This document shows, piece after piece, positions 18,052-27,600 of a DNA stretch of 32,000 bases (position 1 is its first letter; every line of letters begins with the position of its first letter). The translations under genes and the position numbers were made by a program. Source of the stretch: Nostoc punctiforme PCC 73102. GTDB taxonomy: Bacteria; Cyanobacteriota; Cyanobacteriia; Cyanobacteriales; Nostocaceae. Where the stretch lies: contig NC_010628.1 of assembly GCF_000020025.1 (NCBI RefSeq), forward strand, positions 4,500,001 to 4,532,000. The letters are read 5' to 3'. The notes beneath the pieces are model-generated. The model had not been told where the DNA came from and ran no database searches. It saw only the letters and a program-made list of their open reading frames with translations.

Positions 18052-19614
18052 TTAGCATCTACCTAAGCGAGAATTTGCAGTTATTACTTTCCCTTGGTGT
18101 CCTACTTGGGTGCATTTTAACTGTGATTCCAAAGCGTCAATCTTTCGTAAAAGCGATACTCCCCACACAATAGAAATCAGCAACTTGATTGTCATGCCTG
18201 CAAGTAAAAGTGTTACGATTGTGGAAGTTCTCTTTTGTTGAACTAATCTTTTTTGTTGTTCTGCAAGTCGTGCTTCAACTTCTTTGGCACGTTCGGCTTC
18301 TAATGATTGCTGCATTTCTCGCCGATCTAATTCTTCACTAGCAGCTAAAAATCGATAATCTAAGTTGCCCAAGCTTTTGCCATGTGCCCAGGTTTGGGCA
18401 TCAATCAAGGCTTGTCCGCGCAATAAGCGAGATTTATCATTTTCTTTTGAGGCTATCCACGCATTGAAGGTTTCATAGTAGGGGCGCAAGTAAGCTAATT
18501 TTTTTCCAACCCATTCTAAATTGAAAACTTCTTCATAAATTCGGTTTTTGATTTGGAGAAAACCTTGCTTTTTAACCACCAAGCCAGACAGCAATAGTTC
18601 TACTTGTTCTCGACTATCATCGGCTGGTACTTCCACTCCTTGGAGGATTTGCTGATAAATTCCTAGCAATCTAGCGGCAATTTGTTCGTTTCTGAGGATG
18701 CGATCGCGAATTGTCCGCAAATGCTCTGGTTCATCTTGTGATTCCCATTGATCGATGATATGCGATCGCACCACATTTTCTATCCAAAATTCTTCTGTAC
18801 CAGGGGGGATTTTTAACTTTCTACCTCCATCATCTTGAGATAAACTGACAAGTAACCGACACAGCTTTTGAGTAAGAAATGGTTGCCCTTTTGTCCAAGC
18901 TAATACTTCTTTCAAAACTTTTTGGGGATGATTTTCTTTAATATCCAGTCCTAAAGATAGTGTTTGAGCTTCTTCAAATGTAAAACCATTTACTCGGATA
19001 GCTTTACCAAAATTAAACGGTGTAATGTGATTTTGATATAAAATTAAGTCTGAAGGTGTAGCAACACCGAAAATTGCAAATGTAATCCGATCGTACTCTG
19101 GATCAATTGCTCGTTGGTTATAACAGAACCGAATCAAGCTAAAAAAGTCATCCACAGAGAAATCGAGACCGAGAATACTATCAATTTCATCAATAAAAAT
19201 GAATAGCCTTTCGTTAGGAAACTGAACTAAGAGAATTTCTGAAATAAACCGACTAAGTTTCTGGGGCAAAGAAATATCATTTTTTTCTTGCCACCAGGTT
19301 TTTAAATTGACTTTTCCTAACAGTTTAAAACCTAGCCACAAATCGCCTACAACTCCCTTATACCACTGTTCTGGAGTTATATTTTCGCAACCAATATTAG
19401 TCATATCAATAGTGACACATCTAAAGCCTTCTTGTTGCAAGCGATGCTTGGTTTTTACCATAAGCGAAGATTTGCCCATCTGCCTACTGCTTAGGATATA
19501 GCAAAATTCACCCTGCTTTAAGGCTTCGTAAAGTTCCACATCCGCTTTGCGCTCAACATAGCTAGGAGCATCACTGGTTAAAGTGCCACCAACTTGATAT
19601 CGATAACTGTTCAT
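18052..19614 (-). CDS. AAA_35-type (STAND-like) NTPase with C-terminal coiled coil and single TM helix
   Basis: N-terminal signature [43 protein letters not shown] (Walker A). Walker B is LFIFIDEID. Then a winged-helix-like region, [14 protein letters not shown], a coiled coil ([19 protein letters not shown]) and a TM helix ([24 protein letters not shown]). Confidence 0.8.
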   Translation of the reverse strand: MNSYRYQVGGTLTSDAPSYVERKADVELYEALKQGEFCYILSSRQMGKSSLMVKTKHRLQQEGFRCVTIDMTNIGCENITPEQWYKGVVGDLWLGFKLLGKVNLKTWWQEKNDISLPQKLSRFISEILLVQFPNERLFIFIDEIDSILGLDFSVDDFFSLIRFCYNQRAIDPEYDRITFAIFGVATPSDLILYQNHITPFNFGKAIRVNGFTFEEAQTLSLGLDIKENHPQKVLKEVLAWTKGQPFLTQKLCRLLVSLSQDDGGRKLKIPPGTEEFWIENVVRSHIIDQWESQDEPEHLRTIRDRILRNEQIAARLLGIYQQILQGVEVPADDSREQVELLLSGLVVKKQGFLQIKNRIYEEVFNLEWVGKKLAYLRPYYETFNAWIASKENDKSRLLRGQALIDAQTWAHGKSLGNLDYRFLAASEELDRREMQQSLEAERAKEVEARLAEQQKRLVQQKRTSTIVTLLLAGMTIKLLISIVWGVSLLRKIDALESQLKCTQVGHQGKVITANSRLGRC

Positions 19615-19746
19615 TTTATTTAAAATTTTAATTAGTTCCCATTCTGAATAAATAAATTTCTATCGGGACAATTGATAAAATTCATATTAAGAACGAGAAT
19701 TACTTATTTTGATTATTTATCTTTCAACAGTTTACCAGAACAATTA

Positions 19747-21132
19747 CTATCCTGAGTGCTTTCCAAGCTGTTGGCTAAAGTAAAGGCGATATAACTCACA
19801 CATAACATGAGCTTGATTGCCGTTGAGTTTAACCAAACCCATACTTTCTAGCTTATAAGCAGCGATCGCGTCTAGCTCTACTTTTTGATCCGTTGCAATT
19901 ACCTGCTGCATAGCTAACATTAATTTTGGGTCTTTTTGTAGTAAGCTCAACAGTTCGCGTAAATGCTGACTGTAAATTCCCACTGGTGTAGATGCAGTTT
20001 CTAGTAATACCTCTAATGTCATTTCCTCCTGACATAGATGATAAAGCGCAAGGCTCACCAAATAAGGATGTCCTCCTACCATCGTTTGTAGGGGTGCAAG
20101 GCGTTTTGCCCCTTCGGAGTCGGCTGCACAATTTAATCCATAAGACAATGCTAAATTCTGTACCTGATTGAGAGTCAATGGTGGCAGCGTAATTGTGATC
20201 CCAACATTGAAAGGCGATTGGTTAAGCTTTAGTGGAATATAAATTTCTGTGGTGTGAACTACCACCATCCGTAGTTTTTGCCAGATTTGATCCTGCTTTG
20301 CTTGTTCGTGCCAAAATCGCAGCATTGGCAGAAAATCTTGAGCAATATTGGGATGTTCAAAAACTCGATGGACTTCATTTAAAGCCAAAACTAGAGGACT
20401 ATTATCAATGTATTGCAGTAGATATGCTTCAAAATAGATTTTGCAGCTTACCTTGCTGCCCATTTCCATATCCCAAAAATCATCTAGACAGGGAAGAAGA
20501 TTTAACTGTCTGCTGACATTGACACAAAACCAACGCAAAAATTTATCAAGAGAAGCAAAAACGTCTTGATCGGCTTCTTGAAAGTCTAAATAGACGATTT
20601 GATAACCTTGCTCTCTAGCATAAGCAATCATCCGGTTGAGCAGCGAACTTTTTCCTGTCTTTCTAGGTGCTTTGATTCGGATTAAGCAACCAGGGTATAA
20701 AATCTCGTTACAAACAAGTTCTTCCAGAGGGGGGCGGTTGATGTAAAGAGGAGAACCCAGTGGTACTGGTCCGCTCGGAAATTCAATTTTGCTTGCTGAA
20801 AACGAGTCCGGAGACACCATTTCTAAGTTAGATTCTTCACTGAATTCTTGTTGGCTCTGATTTTCGCGATTGCCTATTTCGTCTTGCAGGTATTTCTTCA
20901 AGGCTAAATGCAGATTTTTTTTGGTTATTTTTTTTCCAAGTGCGATGGAAAGGTCTTGCCACAACTCAGAGCCAACTTCCTTGATGTAATTGTCGCGGTA
21001 GCCTGATTCCTCTGCCATTTCACCATAAGTTTTGCCCAACCACGACTGAGACAGCACAAAGTACTGAATGGAAGCAAGAGGCTTGTCTTGCAGAATTGTT
21101 TCTACTGCTTGCAGAATATCTTCCACGGTCAT
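19747..21132 (-). CDS. HTH (LuxR/sigma-70 region 4-like) + AAA_35-type NTPase, paralogue of 9814..11187
   Basis: N-terminal HTH pattern (LASIQYFVLSQSWLGKTYGEMAEESGYRDNYIKEVGSELWQDLS). Walker A is APRKTGKSS and the Walker B-like motif is LVLALNEVH. It lies 132 bp upstream of the 520-aa NTPase on the same strand. Confidence 0.8.
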   Translation of the reverse strand: MTVEDILQAVETILQDKPLASIQYFVLSQSWLGKTYGEMAEESGYRDNYIKEVGSELWQDLSIALGKKITKKNLHLALKKYLQDEIGNRENQSQQEFSEESNLEMVSPDSFSASKIEFPSGPVPLGSPLYINRPPLEELVCNEILYPGCLIRIKAPRKTGKSSLLNRMIAYAREQGYQIVYLDFQEADQDVFASLDKFLRWFCVNVSRQLNLLPCLDDFWDMEMGSKVSCKIYFEAYLLQYIDNSPLVLALNEVHRVFEHPNIAQDFLPMLRFWHEQAKQDQIWQKLRMVVVHTTEIYIPLKLNQSPFNVGITITLPPLTLNQVQNLALSYGLNCAADSEGAKRLAPLQTMVGGHPYLVSLALYHLCQEEMTLEVLLETASTPVGIYSQHLRELLSLLQKDPKLMLAMQQVIATDQKVELDAIAAYKLESMGLVKLNGNQAHVMCELYRLYFSQQLGKHSG

Positions 21133-21260
21133 TAAAGTTTAAACAATTACTAGATAAATTCATCTATTTTGACCTATTAATAATATACAACCGAATAAAT
21201 ACTTAAAAAAAGATTCTAAGAATACAGTTTTTTAAACTATAATTTAATGCTGCTTACTTC

Positions 21261-21286
21261 AAAAAGCTTGCTTATTTTTAAGCAAG
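21261..21286 (-). terminator. Candidate rho-independent terminator of the O-methyltransferase gene
   Basis: On the minus strand the stem is cttgctta/taagcaag (21267..21274 and 21279..21286) with a 4-nt loop, followed by cttttt. It lies 60 nt after the stop codon. The stem is AT-rich. Confidence 0.4.
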
Positions 21287-21345
21287 ATTAAGGAAAGTTA
21301 AGTATTAACCTAAGCAGATTGGGTTTTAGAAAATTTAGAAAGACA

Positions 21346-22008
21346 TCACTTTTTCAGTGCCAGAGTCAAACCATCTGCGATCGCTACTAAACTCAGACTA
21401 ACTCGCCGGTCTTGATGCAGCTTTTGATTAAAGGCACGAATCCTTTTAGTTCTATTATCCTGCACCTGGGGGTCAGCAACCCTGCCTGACCAGAGAACAT
21501 TATCGATCGCAATTAGTCCCCCCGATCGCACTAATTGCAGCGATCGCTCATAATAAGTATCATAGTTGCTCTTATCTGCATCGATGAAAGCAAAATCAAA
21601 GGTTTCCGCTTCTCCCGTTGCCAGTAAACGATCTAAAGTCTCCAAAGCTGGGGCAATGTGCAGTTGAATTTTATCTGCCACTCCAGCTTGCTGCCAATAA
21701 CGCCGAGCGATCGTTGTAAATTCTTCACTCACATCACAAGCTACCACCTTGCCGTCACTTGGTAACGCCAAGGCTACCACCAGGGAACTATAACCTGTAA
21801 ATACCCCAACTTCCAAAGTTTTTTTCGCTCCTAGTAACTGCACCAGTAACGCCAAAAATTGCCCCTGTTCAGGAGCAATCTGCATTCTACCTACTGGATG
21901 CTGGGCTGTTTCATGCCTCAATTGGGTTAAAATTTCTGGTTCTCGGAGAGAGACTGATAGTAAATAGTCATAAAGGTTTTGTTCAAGTCCTAGTGTTTGA
22001 GTGGTCAT
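21346..22008 (-). CDS. Class I SAM-dependent O-methyltransferase (caffeoyl-CoA O-methyltransferase-like, family 3)
   Basis: SAM-binding motif LEVGVFTGYS, metal and acidic motifs (FIDADKSNY, IAIDNVLWSG) and a 220-aa length typical of the family. Confidence 0.9.
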   Translation of the reverse strand: MTTQTLGLEQNLYDYLLSVSLREPEILTQLRHETAQHPVGRMQIAPEQGQFLALLVQLLGAKKTLEVGVFTGYSSLVVALALPSDGKVVACDVSEEFTTIARRYWQQAGVADKIQLHIAPALETLDRLLATGEAETFDFAFIDADKSNYDTYYERSLQLVRSGGLIAIDNVLWSGRVADPQVQDNRTKRIRAFNQKLHQDRRVSLSLVAIADGLTLALKK

Positions 22009-22080
22009 AAGGTGCGTTTTTCTTTTATCTAAACCCCACAGACTAATTATCTGGTTTTATTGTAAATACGCAGGGTAAAT

Positions 22081-22105
22081 GTTGGGTTTCGTTCCTCAAC
22101 CCAAC
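22081..22105. repeat. Hairpin repeat gttgggtt-tcgttcctc-aacccaac
   Basis: Perfect 8-bp stem (22081..22088 and 22098..22105). From memory, this motif is widespread in filamentous cyanobacterial intergenic DNA. Confidence 0.6.
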
Positions 22106-22215
22106 CTACGCAGTTGAAGGGTTTTGGTGTTAACTGAACCAACCATATCGCTATGCTTTTTGAAAGTGAGTAAAATTCTTGGACAATAATTCCTATTGTC
22201 TCTGTGTTCTCTACG

Positions 22216-22253
22216 CCTCTGTGGTTCAATAGATTAATTTTAAACCGCAGAGG
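22216..22253. repeat. Inverted repeat cctctgtggtt ... aaccgcagagg
   Basis: 11-nt arms with one mismatch and a 16-nt spacer. The 11-mer aaccgcagagg recurs exactly at 30866..30876 inside the helicase ORF. Confidence 0.55.
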
Positions 22254-22281
22254 TACGAGGAGAAAGCAAAGATTTTAGAAG

Positions 22282-24147
22282 TCACATATCTTGCTTGTAT
22301 ATCTCTAATAATTTTGGAATGTAATCATACCCATCTACACCGATAACCGCAATTATTTTAGGGCGATGTTGCTGTAAGAAACTTTGGAAAGCTTCTGCCC
22401 CAATTTGTCCCTGCAAAATTGTTAGTAACCCTGCCGCTTGCCGCCACTCATTAGAAGCAATTTGCTCCAAAAGATACATTCCTAAACAGCCTGTGTAAAC
22501 AGTTTTTTCCGAATTGTGGAGATGATAATAAGCTTCTGCTAAATAAGCTAGGTTACGCCCCTGTAGATACAAATCGCCGGAAACTTGCGCTGTTTTAAAG
22601 CCATCCTCCAAATATTTAATTGCAGTTTGGTGTTCTCCAATTACTAGATAAGCGATTCCTAAGCTACTCACACATAAAGCTTTACTTTGAATATCGCCTA
22701 ATTTTTCTGATAATTTTAAACCTTGTTCCAAATAATTAATTGCAGCTTCATAAGTTTCAGGTTCTAGATTCTCCAGTTCTTGAGCCTGCATGACTTCGCT
22801 GTAACCTAAATTTACTAGTGCGTTGGCTTCTCCTGTGCGTTGGCTTTGCCCGCCGTAGGCATCGCCTGCTTGCCGACTCAATATTAATGCTCGTTGGCTG
22901 TAGTTAATTGCTTCAGCATAATTTTGCTGTTGCACGTAGGTGCGGCTGAGGTGGTTGAGATTGGCAATTTCACAGGCGCGATCGCCTGCATTCCTGGCTA
23001 TCTCTAACGCCTGCTGATGAAAATCTATTGAGCGCTGGTATTGTCCCAAAGCACGCTGTGAATAACCTAAAAGGGTCAATATCCGCGCCTTTTCTTGGGT
23101 TCCCTCACCTCGTCGTAATGGTTCATCTAAATAATCGAGGGCATCTCGCAAATAAGTACCAGTAAAAGAGGCAAATATCCCGCCATAAAAGGGAAAATAT
23201 GGACGCTGGGCAAAGGTTCGCAAAATCTGGAGCATGATTTGAGAACAGGCATCGGCGTATACTGTGCCAATACTTGCAAAACCACTGGCTAATTGACTCC
23301 AAATCACTGCAAAGGTCAAAAAAGTGGAAATGGACAACTTTGGCCCGGCTTTAACATCGTAAGCTTGTTGGTCAAACCAGTTAATTAGTCCCCGTTGCAA
23401 GAACTGTAAAATTAATGCCATTTCCACCCAATCTCTCAGGGTGATTCCTCGTTGTCGCTGGGCGAACTCAATTGCTGATTTTTCCATCGCTAAGGTGCGA
23501 AGCAGTGCTTTGGGTAACTCACTATTGAGTTGTTTAGCCCAACTTGCCCAAGGACCACGTTCTCCCGGTACGCCGCCAAATCCTAAAGCTTCTTTTTGCT
23601 CGTACATCCAACTGAGCAAGTTGTCTTGCAATCGCTGCCAAGAAGCTAAACCACGAGTAATCCCTTCGGAAAACTGTTCTAAATCACTATCTGCCTGGGC
23701 AAATTGCTGTAATGCTTTTGATAATTGCTGTAGCTGTTGTAAATTTAGCGGATACTTCTGATTGGGGTCAGTAATCCGTAAAAATGTCGCCAGTCGCTCG
23801 TCAGCCGGGGCTGTGGTAATTTCTGTAACTGCCGAAGCGATCGCTTCTGTGGTTTTGTTTTGCTCTTGCCAACGTTGCCATTGACTCTGAATAGTCTTAA
23901 TGGCTCTCAAACTGCGAGTAGCTTTGGCTTTCTTGAGTTCGTCTTTTTCACCATCTACTTGGCTTTGGAGGGCATTCAAGCGATCGCTTAAAACTAACTC
24001 AAATACTTCCCCTGTACCGGAAGTAATTCCTTTAAGCAGCATTTGGTACACCATCTCAACAGAGCTAATTTTGCCCTTGAGGGTGGTTTCAACAATTTCA
24101 TCGATTAAGGCAAGATAGCGATCGCGCAATGGCAGAGAATCTGACAC
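22282..24147 (-). CDS. TPR-repeat protein with ~340-aa N-terminal domain of unknown function
   Basis: 621-aa ORF. The C-terminal half has several TPR units with a recurring ...GD...A..L..LG..Y pattern. Confidence 0.8.
   Translation of the reverse strand: MSDSLPLRDRYLALIDEIVETTLKGKISSVEMVYQMLLKGITSGTGEVFELVLSDRLNALQSQVDGEKDELKKAKATRSLRAIKTIQSQWQRWQEQNKTTEAIASAVTEITTAPADERLATFLRITDPNQKYPLNLQQLQQLSKALQQFAQADSDLEQFSEGITRGLASWQRLQDNLLSWMYEQKEALGFGGVPGERGPWASWAKQLNSELPKALLRTLAMEKSAIEFAQRQRGITLRDWVEMALILQFLQRGLINWFDQQAYDVKAGPKLSISTFLTFAVIWSQLASGFASIGTVYADACSQIMLQILRTFAQRPYFPFYGGIFASFTGTYLRDALDYLDEPLRRGEGTQEKARILTLLGYSQRALGQYQRSIDFHQQALEIARNAGDRACEIANLNHLSRTYVQQQNYAEAINYSQRALILSRQAGDAYGGQSQRTGEANALVNLGYSEVMQAQELENLEPETYEAAINYLEQGLKLSEKLGDIQSKALCVSSLGIAYLVIGEHQTAIKYLEDGFKTAQVSGDLYLQGRNLAYLAEAYYHLHNSEKTVYTGCLGMYLLEQIASNEWRQAAGLLTILQGQIGAEAFQSFLQQHRPKIIAVIGVDGYDYIPKLLEIYKQDM
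22841..22865 (+). repeat. Repeat-derived in-frame insertion inside the TPR gene
   Basis: gcccgccgtaggcatcgc (22848..22865) is the exact reverse complement of 7568..7585. The region encodes the extra residues AYGGQSQ within a TPR unit. Confidence 0.6.
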
Positions 24148-24233
24148 TTTAGCTACTAAGAAACGTCACGTCAATTCTAATTCTAGTCTAGTGGGGAGAA
24201 GGGGGAAGGGGGCAGCACTTTGGCTCCTTTCGA

Positions 24234-24271
24234 CTTCGCTACCTCGGCTTCGCTACCTCGGCTTCGCTCGG
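24234..24271. repeat. 14-bp tandem repeat cttcgctacctcgg (2 full copies + 1 partial)
   Basis: Direct reading of 24234..24247, 24248..24261 and 24262..24271 (10-nt partial copy). Confidence 0.8.
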
Positions 24272-24349
24272 CACAAGTCAAGGCAAGTCGCTCAGTGACT
24301 GGAGAGCAAGGGGTAGGAGAGCAGGAGGAAACTTGGTTCATCCATTATG

Positions 24350-24524
24350 GAACTGGATGAATCCACCTTTGAACTCCGTTGACGAGTATTTGAACTGGAT
24401 AAATCCACCTTTTATCTCCGTCGCCGAGTATTTGAACTAGATGAATCCACCTTTTATCTCCGTCGTCGAGTATTTGAACTGGATGAATCCATCTTTTATC
24501 TCCGTCGCCGAGTATTTGAACTCC
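24350..24524. repeat. 42-bp tandem repeat array (about 4 units)
   Basis: The unit is gagtatttgaactggatgaatccaccttttatctccgtcgcc, with unit starts at 24384, 24426, 24468 and 24510 and a partial unit from 24350. Units differ by 1-3 substitutions. There are no unique spacers. Confidence 0.85.
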
Positions 24525-24572
24525 GTTTACGAGTATTAAAGGCTCATTAATAAGCCTTTAATACTCGTAAAC
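24525..24572. repeat. Perfect 19-bp palindrome capping the 42-bp array
   Basis: gtttacgagtattaaaggc (24525..24543) pairs with gcctttaatactcgtaaac (24554..24572) across a 10-nt loop. No U-tract follows on either strand. Confidence 0.85.
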
Positions 24573-24662
24573 CATTATAAAAACTCATCAAACAAGGCAA
24601 AAGTAAAAAGCAAAAGAAATATTAAATTCATCTTTAATTTTTAATTTCTAATTTTTAATTCT

Positions 24663-27600
24663 TCAAGTGCGTCCGGTGAGGTTGGCAACTACAACTGCTA
24701 ACTCAGAGGGATTTACTGGTTTGGGGACGTGGAGTTGAAAGCCTGCTAACAACGCTTGCGTGCGATCCTCTGCCCTAGCGTAGGCTGTCAGCGCCACTGC
24801 TGGAATCCGCCCTCCTTGATCTGTTGGTAGCGCCCTTACTTGACGAATTAGTGCGTAGCCATCTTGTTGTGGCATACCGATATCGCTCACCAGTATATGG
24901 GGGCGAAATTGTTGCAAAGCAAGCAGTGCTTCACAAGCAGATGCAGCTGCTATGACTTGCGCCCCATACTGTCCCAGAATTGTGGTGAGTAAATGACGCG
25001 CGTCTGCCTCATCATCAACAATTAGCACTCGCAAGTCATCTAATCTCGGCAGGTAATTATTAGCCTCTGGGACATCCACCAGAGATGAAGGCTGCTCTGC
25101 TGTATTAGCCTCTACATAAACGGCTTTCATCGGCAGATTGACAATGAATGTCGCTCCCTGTCCAACTCCTAGACTTTCGACAGAGACTGTGCCACCGTGT
25201 AATTCTACCAAGTGACGGACGATCGCTAACCCTAATCCTAGTCCGCCATGCGATCGCGTGCTGGAACTGTCAGCTTGACGAAAGCGTTCAAATACATGGG
25301 GGAGAAATTCGGCAGCAATTCCCACTCCCGTATCACTCACCCGAATTTGCACGGAAGATTCAATCCGCTCTAATTGCACATCAACGCTTCCGCCCTTGGA
25401 TGTAAACTTGACGGCGTTGGAGAGCAAGTTCCACACAACCTGTTGCAAGCGGTTGGTATCACCCACAACTATCCCAACTTCAGGATCGAATTTACACTTG
25501 ATGTTAATCTCTTTAGCCTCAGCTGCTGGGCGCACAGTATCGATTGCCGCCTCTACAAGTGGTACAAGTTTTATCCGATGGATACTGAGATGAAGTGTGC
25601 CCCTAATAATCCGTGACACATCTAGGACATCTTCGATTAGTTGCGCGAGGGATTTAGTGTTACGCTCAATTGTTTCTAGCGCCCGCGCAGTAGTAGCCTC
25701 ATCAAACTTACGATTTCTCAGTAGCTGCGTCCAACCTAATATGGCGTTTAAGGGTGTACGGAGTTCGTGGGAGAGGGTGGCGAGAAACTCATCCTTCATC
25801 CGGTTTGCTGATTCTGCATCAGCGCGTGCTGCTTTTTCGCGCTCAAGCAGTTGTTCGCGTTCTTGCTCTGCTTGCTTGCGATCAGTAATATCGAGCATAA
25901 ACCCATGTAGTAGCTGCGGCCCATTCTCATCCCGCACGACATTAATAATGTCATACAGCCACACAACTCTGCCATCAGCAGCCAACATTCTGTATTCAAA
26001 TTCGTAATTATTCAGTGACAGCGAAGATTCTTGGCAATACTGAATAGCCCACTCGCGATCTTCTGGATGCATGTGTTTTTGCCAGAAATCATCGATGTAC
26101 CAGTCTGATAATGGATAACCAAGAATCTCAACGGTTTGCGGCCCTACATAAGTAAAATTTCCGGTAGTGGCATTTACCTCCCAAGGAATTATGCGGACTT
26201 TTTCGGTGAGTGTCTTTAACCGTTTTTCGCTCTGTTTTAGTGCTGCTTCTGCTAACTTATGAAGTGTAATATCTGTGATTAAGGCAACAAATCCTTCAAC
26301 TTTTCCTTGCTCGCTGAACTGGGGAACGTAACTTACATTTATGTAATGGTGTGTGCCATCTTTATGAGGTAATTGGGTTTCATAAGTGACTTCCTCTCCA
26401 GAAAGTACTGCTTCTACATAAGGAAGAATTGACTGATAAACCGACTCTCCCATAATTTCTCTAATGTGTTTACCATAAATTTCGGAAGCGGGAAGTCCAA
26501 ACCAGTCTTCATATCCCTTGTTATTAAAGCGATAAAGCTGCTGGATATCAACATAAGAAATCTGGACAGGCACAGCATTTGTAATTAGCCGCAGTTGCTC
26601 TTCTTGTTGATTTAGTGCTGCTTCTGCTTGTTTGCGTTCTGTGATATCGCGTTGAGTTCCCCACGCTCTAACTAAAAGACCATTTTCGACAATTCCCACC
26701 AGATTATTCAAAAAATATTTGGAATTACCTTGCTTATCTATTTCGTGAGATTCTGCATCGATTAATCGGTAGTTAGAACGGATAAAATTACGCAGGTATG
26801 CAATATTATGTGGATCGGAGGGAATGAGAAAATCTCCTAGTCTGGCGTTGATAATTTCTTCAGCACGAGAACAGCCATACATCTGTGCCATCACATTGTT
26901 GCATTCGGCTAAGTAAACATATTGGTAAAAATGTTGAATTTGTTCATCTTCTGGACAGTCTGGCGAAATTGGTACTTCTAGTTCAATGCACCAAATACCT
27001 TCTGAACTCTGCTCTAAAAAAGCGCGGTAGCGTTCTTCGCTTTGGCATAGGGCAAGCTCTACCTGTTTGCGTTCGCTTAAATCAAGGACAAAAGAGATAA
27101 TATCGTTAGAATTATTCTCTAACAAAGCAGAACCTAGCAGGATGGGAACACAGTTCTGATCTTTGCGGATGTATTCGTTCTCAAAAGGCTGACATACTCC
27201 TTTGGCTTTGAGTTCTGCGATCGCACTGTTGTTTGCTTCAATATATTTTGGTGGGATCATATCGCGCCATCTAACCCGCCCGGCAAGTAAATCTTCTTGC
27301 GAATAACCTACCATTCGTAAAAAAGCATCATTGGCTTCTGCGATCGCCCCATCCATATTGGCTACAATTATCCCAATAATGTTGGACTCTACCAACCTTC
27401 TAAACTTTGCCTCGCTCACTTTTAACTTCTGCAAACTCATTTGAAGATGTTGTTTGGCAGTGCGTAACTCTGAGTTTAGCAAGGTGATGAATGTTGTCAC
27501 CAGGACAAACAAGCCTAACCGTCTTATGTTGTCTAGACTCGCAACCGAGAGCGAAAACACTGGCTCTAAGAAAAAATAGCTAACAGTTAAAGTAGACAAA

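Noticed and set aside
22047-22229. 60-aa ORF in the methyltransferase/TPR spacer
   Set aside because: Its sequence is made up of the hairpin and inverted-repeat elements (e.g. VGWVEERNPTF comes from the gttgggtt...aacccaac repeat). It is a repeat read-through, not a gene.
24191-24216. G-rich tract as a G-quadruplex
   Set aside because: Only three runs of four or more G are present (gggg, ggggg, ggggg). A fourth G-run is lacking nearby, so a canonical intramolecular G4 is not supported.
24350-24524. The 42-bp array (and the 21-bp array at 7681..7763) as a CRISPR array
   Set aside because: The units are directly contiguous with no unique spacers, the periods are too short, and there are no cas genes in the window.
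24350-24524. Iterated (a/g)aatccacc motifs as DnaA boxes or an oriC
   Set aside because: They match the TTATCCACA / TTTTCCACA consensus at only about 6 of 9 positions. There is no adjacent dnaA/dnaN and no AT-rich unwinding element in the expected arrangement.
24525-24572. The perfect 19-bp palindrome as the intrinsic terminator of the hybrid kinase gene
   Set aside because: No U-tract follows the stem on either strand. It is more likely part of the repeat element, although it may still pause or stabilise transcripts.
25597-26007. 136-aa ORF on the + strand, plus neighbouring 65-85-aa ORFs at 25148..25616
   Set aside because: It lies entirely antisense to the well-supported hybrid kinase gene. 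The translation is Ser/Arg-rich, low-complexity and without motifs. It is a typical shadow ORF.
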